Shown here: positions 1-15,027 of the stretch, piece after piece
How positions within the stretch are numbered: position 1 is the first letter of the stretch
Layout: every line of letters starts with the position of its first letter
DNA from: Octopus vulgaris
Taxonomy: Eukaryota
Length of the DNA: 64,000 nucleotides
Direction: 5' to 3'
Assembly (NCBI GenBank): GCA_951406725.2
Contig: OX597826.1
Coordinates: forward strand, 2,108,001-2,172,000
Position numbers and translations under genes: made by a program
Notes under the pieces: model-generated
Databases searched by the model: none
The model's input: only the letters and a program-made list of their open reading frames with translations
What the model was told of the DNA's origin: nothing

Positions 1-223
1 AACATTGGACGGATAAGAATACAATAAATTTTATACATAGAAAAACTATGACCATTTTCAGGGTTACGAAACCGGGCGGAGAAAGTGGGGATTTATTTTT
101 AGACCAATGTTGAAGCCTTTGGAGCCGCCCCAGTTTTAAGCTATTTCCCGGGGATTCTGAAATCGATTTCATATTAGTCCAACTTCCGAGCATAGTCTTC
201 ACCTGGTTACATATATTCTTGCT

Positions 224-240
224 CTACTACTACTACTACA

Positions 241-275
<35 letters not shown>

Positions 276-340
276 AACTACTACTACTACCACCACTACC
301 ACCACCATCACCACTACCACCACCACCACCACCGCCGCCG

Positions 341-394
<54 letters not shown>
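224..394. repeat. Compound (ACT)n/(ACC)n microsatellite
   Basis: Direct reading of the sequence. Confidence 0.95.
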
Positions 395-395
<1 letters not shown>

Positions 396-719
396 CTTCC
401 GATAATGAGAACACGAGTTCAAGTGAAGTAGGTGGACATCTACACTGTTATACTTGAACTCACAAACGCAACGATGCAAAACCAAACGTTGAAAGACATT
501 TTGTCCACCGTTTCACGATTCTGCCGTTCCGACTGACCATGTGGCTTTTTCCATAAGCAGAAGGCCAGATTCTTAGAGAGCAAGGAGTAGCTGGCCGAAT
601 CAACGGAGGCACGTGACTTCAACAGGAGGTTGAAAGGCGAATGAGACTCGGGAGAAATTGGGACTCAGAACGTAAAGCGTCAGAAGGAACAAATGTCTAG
701 CATTTTTCTGACTCACTTA

Positions 720-721
<2 letters not shown>

Positions 722-767
<46 letters not shown>

Positions 768-768
768 T

Positions 769-857
<89 letters not shown>

Positions 858-953
858 TTGATGATGATGATGATAATAATAATAATAATGATAATAAATA
901 ATAATAATAATAATAATAGTGTCACTTCGATGGCATGCACTGATCTCTCACTC

Positions 954-1012
<59 letters not shown>

Positions 1013-1030
1013 TAATAATAATAATAATAA
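722..1030. repeat. (TAA)n/(GAT)n compound microsatellite with a 35-bp unique island at 919-953
   Basis: Direct reading. Confidence 0.95.
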
Positions 1031-1970
1031 CCTAGCCCAAAGTAAGGAATCCTTCATAGTGTCAGTTAGGAACGAGGGATGTAATGAAAGCAGAGAAAAA
1101 AGAAGAAAAAAACGATGGAAGAAGTACAAAAAGGATACGAAGAAGAATTACGCAACAAGGGAGAGCACAATCAATTCGATGTAGCCACAACAGAAGTTAC
1201 TGGAAAAAATAGGTGGGATTGGCTGAAGAACAGAACACTAAAAAAGGAGACCGAGAACCCTATACTGGCAACTCAAGACGAAGCTTTGGCCACGAACACG
1301 AGGGTCAACCTTTGGAATGAGCAAGTGTCTTCACTATGACGCATCTGTAATAGAGTGGGTGAAACTATTGCCCTTATCACAAAGAAATGCCCTAGATTTG
1401 CCCAAAACCACTCACTATAAGTTGTGGCGACATGATCAGGTAGAGAAAGTGTTACATTGGAAACTGTGCGAAAAGTGGAGGAGATAGTGGAGGAGTTGGA
1501 GATTAACAAAATCTTCTGGGATTTCCCAATCCAAACAGATCAGGTACGAGAGCATGACTGACCGGACCTAGTGGTGGTTGACAAGGTGCACCACGTATGC
1601 TATATAGTTGATGTTGCATGTCCCTTTGACGCACGAATAATCAAGAAGGATGGCGAAAAGATAGATAAATACAACCCCCTTATGTACGAAATAGCCCGGC
1701 TATGGAAAATGAAGAAGGTGAAGATAACACCAGTTATTGTTAGGTCTTTGGGAACAGTATCAGAAGGGATCAAGAGGAACATAAAAGAAATTGGAATAGA
1801 GTGCCCAATAGAACTGATGCAAAAGGTTTGCCTCCTTGGCACGGCCAGAATAATCAGGAAAACATTAAATAGCTGAAAAGAACGGATAGCATGGTATCAT
1901 AGGCGGCAGGTAGCAATCCCTCCACACATGCAAGACTCCGGGTGCTCTAACAAAACCTGTGATAAAAAAG
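1031..1970 (+). mobile_element. 5'-truncated, decayed R4/Dong-like RLE non-LTR retrotransposon (zinc knuckle, restriction-like endonuclease, 3'UTR)
   Basis: Translates to WDWLKNRTLKKETENPILATQDEALATN, a decayed CCHC (*RIC..ETIALITKKC), RHD, then KILWDFPIQTD..PDLVVVDK..IVDVACPFD..EKIDKY..LMQKVCLLGTARIIRK. It has stops and frameshifts and is flanked by (TAA)n on both sides. Confidence 0.9.
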
Positions 1971-2034
<64 letters not shown>

Positions 2035-2035
<1 letters not shown>

Positions 2036-2578
2036 TTCACCATTCAAACTGACAGAAAGATAGATGCAAACAGGCCAGTCATCATATTGAAAGACTTCAG
2101 ACAAAGAACATGCCTCCTCATTGATATGACTGTCCCAATCGATATAAACGTATCTGTCAAGACCTACCAAAAACTGAGCAAATATAAAGATCTTGAAATA
2201 GAAACCAGCAAAATGTGGAACCTGAAGACTAAAACAATACCTGTTGTCATAGGTGCCCTGGGAATGATAGCAAAAGGGGCTGATTGCTACCTAACTCAGA
2301 TACCAGGAAACCCCAAAATGGCAGAAATTCAAATGATAGTGCTCATGGGAACTGTTCATATCCTACGCAAAATACTCTCTATGTAATCTCAAGGTTTAAA
2401 ACAAACTTTTTAAAAAAAATTTATTTATTAGACATTCACTAGTACAACACAAAAAACCCCCCAAATATATTCCACACTAGGCATAACAACAACGTGAACT
2501 TCCAACCTGTTGTCTCTTGAGGTCTCTGGGTGAGACTTGGAGCCAACTTGTACAAACATAAAGCAAAAGTCAAACATA

Positions 2579-2580
<2 letters not shown>
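2035..2580 (+). mobile_element. Second, divergent R4/Dong-like RLE element 3' end (RLE domain and 3'UTR)
   Basis: FTIQTDRKIDANRPVIILKD..LLIDMTVP..KLSKYKDLEIE..IPVVIGALG..VLMGTVHILRKIL* (stop at 2386); the UTR ends directly in (TAA)n. Confidence 0.9.
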
Positions 2581-2671
<91 letters not shown>

Positions 2672-2689
2672 TAATAATAACAACAACAA

Positions 2690-3337
2690 CAATGGTTTCA
2701 AATGTTAGCATGAAGCCAGCAGTTTCAGTACTCATCTAGTACTTATTTTATCGACGTAGAAAGGAGGAAAAGCAAAGACGACCTCACCGGAATTTGAACT
2801 CAGAGTGTGAAGACGGATGAAATACCGATAAGCATTTCGCCCGGCGTGCTACCGATTCTGCCAGGTCACCGCCTTAATAATATTAATAACCCTTTCTACT
2901 AAAGGCACAAAGCCTGGAATTTGGGTAGTTGAGATAGTTGATTACATCGACTCCAGAACTCAAACGGTACTTATTTTATCGACCCTGGTAGAATAAAAGA
3001 TAAAGTCAACATTGGCGGAATTTGAGCTCAGAATGTAAGGACGGACGAAATGCTGTTAAGCGATTTGCCCAACGCTCTAACAATTCTGCCAGGTCGCCGC
3101 CTTAATAATAGTAATAATAATGGTTTGAAATTTTTACCACAAGGACAGCAATTTTTGGTATGAGGAGATGAGTCAATTACATCGAAACCAGTATTTCACT
3201 GGTATTTAATTTATCGACCCTGGAAGGATGAAAGGCAAAGTCGAGCTCGGCAGAGTTTGAACTGAGAATGTAGCGACGGGCAAAATACCGCTAAGCATTT
3301 CCTCCAGCGCGTTAACGATTCTGCCAGCTCGCCGCCT

Positions 3338-3338
<1 letters not shown>
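2690..3338 (-). mobile_element. Three head-to-tail copies of SINE family B (GGCGGCGAGCTGGCAGAATCGTTAG head; GCCTTTCATCCTTTCGGGGTCGATAAATTAAGTACCAG core, resembling the Meta domain)
   Basis: Copies at ~2690-2875, ~2890-3103 and ~3120-3338, with A/B-box-like motifs (GAGTTCAAATTCC), separated by short TAA runs. Confidence 0.85.
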
Positions 3339-3381
<43 letters not shown>

Positions 3382-3558
3382 GTAATAATAATAATAATAA
3401 TTCTTCGCAGGGTTCTTCAAGCATGACCAGTAAACAAGTGTCATCTTAGTCTGGTGGCTGTGGACAGCTGACACTTTCCATTATACCCAGCAAAATAAGC
3501 TGTGAATTTTCATATAATAATAATGGTGAAGATGATGATGATAATAAAATTAATAATG

Positions 3559-3629
<71 letters not shown>

Positions 3630-3639
3630 TGTTTTCAAT

Positions 3640-3820
3640 GGCCAGAAGCTCAGCAATTACATCGAACCCAGTACTTGACAAGATACTTTATATTGTTGAC
3701 CCCGAAAGGATGAAAAGCAAAAATTAACTCCAGCAGGATTTGAACTCAGTGTGCAACTAAAGAGCCGTAACTAAATGCCGCAATGCATTTTGGTCCTATG
3801 ACTTCACAGTTCTGCCAGCC
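3640..3820 (-). mobile_element. Diverged SINE family B copy
   Basis: GACCCCGAAAGGATGAAA..GGATTTGAACTCAG..TTCTGCCAGC, preceded by (AAT)n at 3550-3628. Confidence 0.75.
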
Positions 3821-3995
3821 CAGCAACAACAACATCAAAAACAACAACAACATCAAAAGCAACAACAACAGCAACAACAATAACAACAATAATAATGATG
3901 ATTAGAACAGTCACAATTAGTATTTAGTATTTATCAGTCATTAGTAAACTTAATATCATTATCATTGATCACTCGAAAATCATCAACTTCATCTG

Positions 3996-4035
<40 letters not shown>

Positions 4036-4040
4036 CATCG

Positions 4041-4112
<72 letters not shown>

Positions 4113-4384
4113 TGTTATTATTATTATCATCATTATTAGTCATTATAACAATTCTTCTTCTTCATCTTCTCCTCCTTCAGTTTCTTCATCTTCTTCTTCT
4201 TGCTATTATTATCGTTATTATAATTAGTACCGTTGTTTATGCGAATTTGTTCTCTTAGAGTTTTGTTGTTTGTCTGTTATCTGTTAGTTAATCATCTTAC
4301 ACATCAATGAACGGGATAATACAAATGTATACGGCTCCGCTACGAACATTAATTAAGCCTAAAGTAACATCTCGTAATTTATAA

Positions 4385-6720
<2,336 letters not shown>

Positions 6721-7293
6721 GTACAGTGTTCTTTCATCAAAGCCATATACAAGTAGCATTAGTACACAATTTAACGGTATCAATACATTTTTCGCATATT
6801 CTGAAGTCTTGTTACTGTGAAACAATCATTATCAACAACAACAACAACAACAAGAACAACAAAACAACAATACCAACATACATTCAAATACATTCAAACA
6901 TGAATATACATACGTAGAAACACACTTACACATGCATATGCGTATGAAAAGTCTTCAGCTTAAAAAAAACATGGTACAAGACTCCTGACGAAGGTACAAG
7001 ACTCCAAGGCTCAAAGTCCTTGAAATTTCAAAATGTTTAAATACACCCCTTGTACATAGGTATATATATATATGTAGAAAAATCGATAGATATATGAGTG
7101 AGCAAGCCTATAGGTAGAATTCGAAACCCCGGTCGATTATTTGATCTCTTCAAGATACTCGTCTTTCCATATAGCATAATGTCACACTATCAGTGAATGC
7201 GCAGAGTTCATGAATGTCCTTTTGCATAACATTATTTCAATACATCCACACACTTACACACAAAGTCACACATATCTATATATTAGTATCCGT

Positions 7294-7353
<60 letters not shown>

Positions 7354-7361
7354 CATATATA

Positions 7362-7591
7362 TTGGTAAAAGCGGTAAGATACCAAAAGAAAGAGACCTCG
7401 ATATTATGTAAATAGAGGAAATTTATCTGTAAATATAATATGTGACAATTATTCGGTAGTCATGATAAAACTCTGAGTTTCGGATGCCGAAGTGGAAATT
7501 CACACCAAGAGATGGTGGTGTGGATTTCCACCTCGGCATCCGAAACTCTTTATCTTGGATACCGTGGAATTGTCACCTATATTTACAGATA
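7362..7591. mobile_element. (TA)n-flanked insert containing a ~170-bp foldback, probably an inverted Penelope-like terminal repeat
   Basis: Arms 7475-7507 and 7516-7548 are complementary at 31/33 positions; imperfect pairing extends to 7424 and 7591. Confidence 0.55.
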
Positions 7592-7644
7592 TATATATTG
7601 AGACATATATATATATGTGTGTGTATTTATTTATATAAGTTTCA

Positions 7645-8050
7645 TTCTTTATTTTTTTTACTTGTTCCAGTCATTTGACTGCAGCCAGGCTGGAGCACCA
7701 CCTTTAGTCGAACAAATCGACCCCAGGACTTATTCTTTGGAAGCCTAGTACTTCTATCTGTCTCTTTTGCCGAACCGCTAGGTCACAGGGACTGCTAAGT
7801 TACACACCACCATAGGTTGTCAAGCGATGGTGGAGGGATAATCACAGACACACAAATGCATATATATATATATATATATATACGCACGCCGGGAGTCTTT
7901 CAGTTTCCGTCTAACAAATCCACTCACAAGGCTTTTGTCAGCCCGAAGTTATAGTAGAAGACACCTGAGTAAGGTGCCACGCAGTGGGATTGAATCCGGA
8001 ACCATATGGTTGGGAAGCAAGCTTCTTACCTCACCGCCACTCCTGTTCCT
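7645..8050 (-). mobile_element. SINE family A (GGCGTAGGAGTGGCTGTGTGG head, internal TA/TG microsatellite, GCTCCAGCATGGCC..ACTGAAACAAGTAAA tail)
   Basis: Full-length match to the copy at 44395-44790. Confidence 0.9.
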
Positions 8051-8221
8051 GTATATGTATATAGCCAATTATATATACATATACCTCTGTATATCTATGT
8101 ATCTGAATATGTGTATAGCTATTCAAAGTACGTGTGCATACGTTGAAAACCTATATACATATACATTCAGAAATAACGAATATCATGTATAAATGACCGC
8201 AATCCCAACATTCCCCTGAAA

Positions 8222-8295
8222 CGAGACTGGAGCAACGTAATATAAAGTGTTTTGCTCAAGATCCCAGCGTACCGTCCGGGCCGCGAATGGAAACC
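8222..8295 (-). mobile_element. SINE family C/D fragment
   Basis: GACTGGAGCAAC..AAGTGTTTTGCTCAAGA matches 49587-49630. Confidence 0.6.
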
Positions 8296-8488
8296 TTTCT
8301 AATAATGCTAATAGAATTTCTGATACGAAAGTGAAACATCGAAGACGTTATTTGCCTTTGAAGGAATGTTTGAGTGAAAGAATTTCGTACACGGTATAAA
8401 CCGGACACTAAAATGCCATAAATGGATGGAAGAATTAAATCATATATCCTGATATAATGTATTTCGTTTTTCTCTTATTTATAGAGTA

Positions 8489-9000
8489 CTAGCTGAATAG
8501 CCAGCGTGGCCAGGCAATTTTTACAATAGAATGTCATATATATTTTTGTTTATTCTATGTCAGAGCATGCCTTTCTCGACAGGTAGGCCTCTTGATTAGG
8601 ACAGACTTGTACAATTTTTCGCCAAAAAATTTCGTTGAAGATTTGTTTCCTTTAAAAATAATTTACGTGTCTGTTCGACCGTTTCACCTGACTATATTCA
8701 TTAGAACTTCGGAAGTTCTTACAACTTTGGTCGTCGTAATGTTTTACTTTCGTTTGTTTAATAAAAATTCCTCCGCCTAATGATTTTGCTTTCATTTCGT
8801 GATAGACAGATTTCATGCAAGAAATGTCAACTCCCAAATCCTGTTTTCTGATTAGGTAAAATTGATTAAACTTTAAATCTCAGTAACATTTTTCTGCAAT
8901 TTTTATGAAACAAATAATAAAATAGGATTTAACGTAAGAATTTTTTTCAATATACCAAATTTGGAAATTTTGACGTCATTTTAAAATCTCACAATGTGAC
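8489..9000 (-). mobile_element. Probable non-autonomous Helitron-like element; 3' end at 8489, 5' extent uncertain
   Basis: Minus strand ends in GCCTGGCCACGCTGGC (hairpin-like), then TATTCAG-CTAG|T, the same layout as 60796-60824. Confidence 0.45.
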
Positions 9001-9831
9001 AGTAACAAGGAAGACCCTATAAGAGTGGAGAGACAGAGAGTTAAAGGGCGACACACACACAATCACACTCACAAACACATACACATACACACACGCACAC
9101 CCGGGTTTTAAACCACGAGTTTAAAATGGTGTATAAAAGACGTATGTATGTACGTACATATTTATGTATCTATGTATAAATACATAAATATATATATATA
9201 TATATATGTGTGTGTGAGTGTGTGCATGTGTGTGTGTAAGTGTATGTGTTGTATCTATATATTTACGAAATAATGCATGCAGCATCGCGTGTATATGACA
9301 GCTGTTTTAACATTGCCACCCCAATGCCACGCTGCTTCCATATACCAAACTTTCAGAAGGAATTGATCAGCCCAGCGCTATACTGAAAGATACTTTCCAT
9401 GCACGCACGCACCCTCCTCACATAAGAATACACATAGGCACAGAAATATATTTACATATGAACGTTGAATGTTGTCGCACGATCAATGATGGACTGTTCA
9501 ATAAATACTGTAGAATGTAAGATTTATAGAAACTGAATTTTTCATTACGAGTTTCATACTACGGCGATCTTAAGGCGAGTACTCCCGAAGCAGCATGCTA
9601 TGCTGTGGAACTAGAGTCGCCAGATAAAAACTATAATTCAGTTTCTATAATGTATGACCTATCTATTTACACACACACGCGCACGCACACCATATTAACT
9701 ACATTCAGAGGAACTGCTGAAGAGGGATTCTTGCCTTTCCAGGGGCAAATTACGATGTACATATGATGTATACTTCCTTTAATCCAGAATCCTATCACAA
9801 TATATAATATTCCATATACATATATATATAC

Positions 9832-9866
<35 letters not shown>

Positions 9867-10156
9867 CGTGCGTACATACATATATATATATATGCACCGC
9901 CCCATATATATCTATATCTATATATAGGAATATGCAGCCTTCGAAACATATGTCGAGAATAAAGGAATTTTGTTAATTCGTCGTTCAACTCCATTCTTTC
10001 ATTTATTTGTATTTAAAAAAACACACAAATTTCCACACGAAAGCACGTGATCTCTGCCCTTGGCATGGAGCTTCAACCGTGTTTTTCTGACGTGAATTTG
10101 CTACCCAGGTATCGGTTAACCGAATTATCCATAATAAGATAATTCATTCACCTACT

Positions 10157-10203
<47 letters not shown>

Positions 10204-10263
10204 CATATATATACATGTGTGTATTTGTGTATGTGTATGAATGTTGTGTACGAATTTGTATGC

Positions 10264-10301
<38 letters not shown>

Positions 10302-10380
10302 GTACATGCCTGCGTGTACAATGACGTCATCAGGACCAACTTTAAACGGCGTTCGACCCATTGTGATCGTCACCTCTTTA

Positions 10381-10665
10381 CAGCAGCAGCGACGACAATT
10401 TCCTTTATCATCGTCTTCCCCTTTGTCGCCGTCATCGTCGTCGTTGTCGTCATCATCATTCTCATCTCTTTACCGTCTTCTGCTAACATCACCAATGCCC
10501 ATGTTGCCTACGTTTCCGTCCGTCCTCCTTCTCCTCCTTCTCCTCATCATCATCTCCAATCTCATCATCCTCATAACCATTATGTCACCATCATCATCAT
10601 CATCATCATAGCTATCATGTTGCTGTCATCGTCATTATAACTATCATGTTGCCATAATCATGATT

Positions 10666-10697
<32 letters not shown>

Positions 10698-10723
10698 TAT
10701 TTATCATTATCATCATCATTAAT

Positions 10724-10755
<32 letters not shown>

Positions 10756-11005
10756 TATTTATCATTATCATCATCATTCAAATCATCATCATCATCATGT
10801 TCATCATCATATCATGATTATCATTATCATCATCATCGTCATTATCATCATCATCTCCAGTCTCATCGTCATCATAGCCATCATGTCACCACCATCACCA
10901 CCACCAACAACAACCACAACAACTGCAGCAGCAGCATCAACAATGTATTATACAACAACATCAACGTCGAAAGCAATTCACTAAATTACAGCACTAACAC
11001 CGCTG
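10381..11005. repeat. Degenerate (CAT)/(CGT)/(CAC)/(CAA) low-complexity tract
   Basis: Direct reading. Confidence 0.9.
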
Positions 11006-11033
11006 GTATTATTGCTGATAGTAAATGTTGAGT

Positions 11034-11370
11034 GTGGAGGCACAATGGCCCAGTGGTTAGGGTAGCGGACTCGCGGTCGTAGGATCACTGTTTCGATTTC
11101 CGGACCTGGCGTTGTGAGTGTTTATAGAGGGAAAACACCTGAAGCTCCTCGAGGCACCAGCAGGAGGCCGTGGCGAACTCTGCTGCACTCTTATTTCCAC
11201 AATTTCTCTCATTCCTTCTTCCTGTTTCTGTTGTACCTGTATTTCAAAGGGACCAGCCTTGTCACACTCTGTGTCACACTGAATCTCCCCCGAGAATCAT
11301 GTTAAGGGTACACGTGTCGGTGGAGTACTCACCCATGTTAATTTCAAGAGCAGGCTGTTCCGTTGCTTAG
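11034..11370 (+). mobile_element. tRNA-derived SINE, family C head with a distinct tail
   Basis: GTGGAGGCACAATGGCCCAGTGGTTAGGG (A box)..GTTTCGATTTCC (B box); the head and body match the minus-strand copy ending at 59660. Confidence 0.85.
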
Positions 11371-12016
11371 AACTCATTTCTTGTCACCAGTCATTGTTTC
11401 GTCCCCCAAAAAGTTTCATTCGTGAGACGTGACAGCAACGAAGGGTACACATTCGCTCTCTGCGCGCGATTTGACTCGGAAAGTTTGTGAAGAACCCACT
11501 GACCCAATTTGCTGACTTTTCCAATGGCACCAGGTGTTGACGAATGGCTGAATGATCAAATCCTAGTTTCCCTTCTACTTCCTCAACAGTTACGACGGGA
11601 TTTTGTTCCACCAGGCTTTGCAGGAGATCCTCGTCGAGTTCTACAGATCTGGGACGCGGCTCGTCTTCTCGGCTGTAGTTTCCAACTCGGAATGTCTGGA
11701 ACCACCGTTTACACTAGCTTACGTTTATTGTCCGATCCCCATTAATATTCCTCGCACTTTCCGTTGCGTTGTTGCCTTTATTGAACCCATAAAGCAGAAT
11801 ATGACGAATATGCTCCTTTGTCACTTGCATTCTAGCTTTGAAAAAAAAACCTGTTAAAATCGAACTGCACTCTTCAAAACTTGCACTAAGAATAAGTACA
11901 AAGTAAAATTAATACCTGCTTTTATAGAAAGTTGATGCAGGTAGTCTATCCCGCCCTCCTCCGACTTTTAGTTCATGCAATTGAACAACCCGCATTATTT
12001 ATGGGATGACCCAATA
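11371..12016 (-). mobile_element. Decayed mariner (Hsmar1/cecropia-like) transposon: 5' TIR and N-terminal transposase
   Basis: TA-TTGGGTCATCCCATAAATAATGCGG TIR at 12016-11990; ATG at 11830 gives MQVTKEHIRHILLYGFNKGNNATESARNIN..*CKRWFQTFRVGNYSREDEPR, then GQWVLHKL (WVPHEL motif), ending MTGDKK*V at the first catalytic D. Confidence 0.9.
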
Positions 12017-12817
12017 TATATATATACACTCATACATACACATAATACACACACATATATACATATATATATACACTCATACATACACATAATACACACA
12101 CATATATACATATATACCTACAGCAAATAAAAATGCATATATTTGATGTGCTTTGTTCTGGTTCCATTGTTCACATTAACAAACCGCTATACGCACACAT
12201 GCATTCATACATACATACATACATGGATGCATATACTTGTTTATACGTGGGTATGCATGCATAACATAAACACACACACATACACACTCACATATATATA
12301 TATGTATATATATCATACTGACACGTACGTATTTTTATACGCACACATGAAAACACACACACACACACATCAGACAAATACGCACACACATTAAAGCACA
12401 TTCTGAAATAAAATACACACACACACACACGGACAAATACACACACACACACACACAGAGACAAGTACGCAGATATACATACAAAGAGAGGCATGCACGG
12501 TGAGCTCTCAAATACGCAAGCGACTCGAAACACCACCAGACATATACAAGCAATCACAGGCGAACACATACGCACAAATACGCATGCGCACGCTTACACG
12601 CACGCTATTTACAACAACACACTCCCCCACACACTTAAATACATACAGTCTCACAAGCACACACGCACACAAGCAAACAGAAACACACACACACACAATT
12701 ATACGCATAGAGATTTATCACTTACAATTAGGTTTCAATTAGGCGGTAATGCGACTTTTGATTGATATTTCGTCCTTGGACATGGCTTGCCTGTCAAGCA
12801 GAATCGATTACCTACCT

Positions 12818-13380
12818 TGGTGTTGTTGGTGTTAACGCTGGTGGCGCTGTAATTGCTGTTGCAGCTTTCCGTGTTGTTGTTGTTGTTGATATTGTTGATG
12901 TTGCTTCTGTTTCTTGTTTCTTGTTTCTTTCTCTCGGCGACGATGACAACGACAACGACAACGACAACGACGGGATGAACATGTCATTGCGATAATAATT
13001 ACGCTGGTTGGTGTATAATAACGATAATGATAACAGTAGTGCGGGAGGGGGTGATGCTGGTCGTGGTGTGATGGTGGTGGTGGTGGTGATGGTGATGCTG
13101 GTGGTGGTGGTGGTGGTGGTGGCGGCAGCGCCGGTGGTGTCGATGATGGCGTTGGTGGTGGTGGTGGTGGTGGTTATGAAAATATTAATGATGACGTTGG
13201 TTGACGATGATGAAGATAACGGCAACGACGATACGACGACGACGACTATGATGATGGTGATGATGAAGATAATGATGATGGTGATGATGATGATGATGAT
13301 GAAGATAATGATGATGATGGTGATGATGATGGTGATGATGATGATGATGAAGATAATGATGATGATGGTGATGATGATGG

Positions 13381-13432
<52 letters not shown>

Positions 13433-13747
13433 GATGAAGATAATGATGATGATGATGATGATGATGATGGCGAGGATGATGATAATGATAATGATGACGA
13501 TAATGGGCATAATGATGTTGAAAACGATGGCGACGATGATGATTGTAGTGGAAATGATGTCGATGACGATGATGACGATAATGACGATGATTTTAACGTC
13601 GATGACGACGACGACGACGACGATGATGACGATAATGATAATGATGGCGACAACGGCGATAAGGAAGGATAACGTGGATGTTGACGACAATAAAGATGCT
13701 GGTGATGATGACGATGATGATGATGATGATGATAAGGATGATGAGGT

Positions 13748-13778
<31 letters not shown>

Positions 13779-13960
13779 GATGATGATGATGCTGATGATG
13801 ATGATGATGAAGATGATGACGATGATGATTGTGGTGATGATAATAATGATGACGATGTGATTGTGGTGGTGCTGTTGATGACGGTGATGATCATGATAAT
13901 GATAATGATGATGACGACGATGGTGATGATGATGCTGTTGATGTTGACATTGCTTGTGTT
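12818..13960. repeat. Degenerate (GAT)/(GAC)/(GGT)/(GTT) low-complexity tract
   Basis: Direct reading; source of the spurious 330-aa and 392-aa ORFs. Confidence 0.9.
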
Positions 13961-14675
13961 TATTGCTTTTGACATAACAGTTCTTTCCAAGATGCCTTAA
14001 GAGTAATTAAAGTAGAAACGTGTGTAAGTTAAAGCAATAAAATGGAGGGAAAAAAGCACACACAACACACGCGCAAAGCAACAACAACAACAAGAAGCAA
14101 GAAACCAGCCAGCCGACCGTTCGACCGACCAACCAGCCAACCACCGAGTCAGCCAAAGAAACAAACAAAAAACACAAAGTCGTATCTTCACAAAACCAAG
14201 CAATCTATAAAGTAGAAAACATATTTACGACGAATGTATCAATTTACAGATAAATTAGACAAGAAATATTATATAAAATTATAAACGAGGCGTATTCTTC
14301 TGCTAATTAAATAATTGTTTCTTATCTAAGCTATAAAACCTAGGGTGTTTTTAACGGAGTATGCATGTACGTTTTATTATAATGATTGGTGCCGTGGCAA
14401 CGCGCTTTTCGCATTACGTGCTCTCTTCTTCAAGTAATTTCAGTGGGTTCGAGAAACAGTTTATGGATGTCTCTCTTTTTTTTTTGTTTTAACACTGAGT
14501 AATATAATTCAAAGTATAAGCTTATAAATTCCAGCTGAAAAGGGAAAATTGTTTTAGGTGCGCGACCTGTGTTACGTAGAAGCTAGATGTCCCTTAAATT
14601 ACATATTAGGATCCTATGCTGTCGCTTTCAAACACGCCAGTATCTTAAGGAATGGAGGGGCGCAGCAGGTGCAAT

Positions 14676-14725
<50 letters not shown>

Positions 14726-14739
14726 TAATATGTATATAT

Positions 14740-14823
<84 letters not shown>

Positions 14824-14914
14824 TATATAAATTAAAAGAAAGGATACACACATCTCATTTCTGATCACAGACATTTTCGATCGAAATTCTACTACTACTA
14901 CTATTACTTCTACA

Positions 14915-14988
<74 letters not shown>

Positions 14989-15027
14989 CAGTATAACCAG
15001 TATTACTTGCGTGACAAGACGATACTT

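Noticed and set aside
6985-7025. CTGACGA-AGG..CCTT-GAAA hammerhead-like motif
   Set aside because: No convincing stem I or III and no NUH site; it overlaps a 13-bp local duplication
9575-9790. Two degenerate hammerhead-like traces (CAGCAT/ATGCTG stem; CTGAAGA-GGGATT..AATCC)
   Set aside because: Core nucleotides are missing and they cannot be distinguished from chance without a family consensus
12726-12790. Minus-strand exon candidate (ttgacag|...|gtaagt)
   Set aside because: Stops occur in all three frames; it could only be non-coding and has no other support
12812-14000. 330-aa and 392-aa ORFs
   Set aside because: They are translations of degenerate trinucleotide repeats (poly-M/D/I/S) with no domain or splice support
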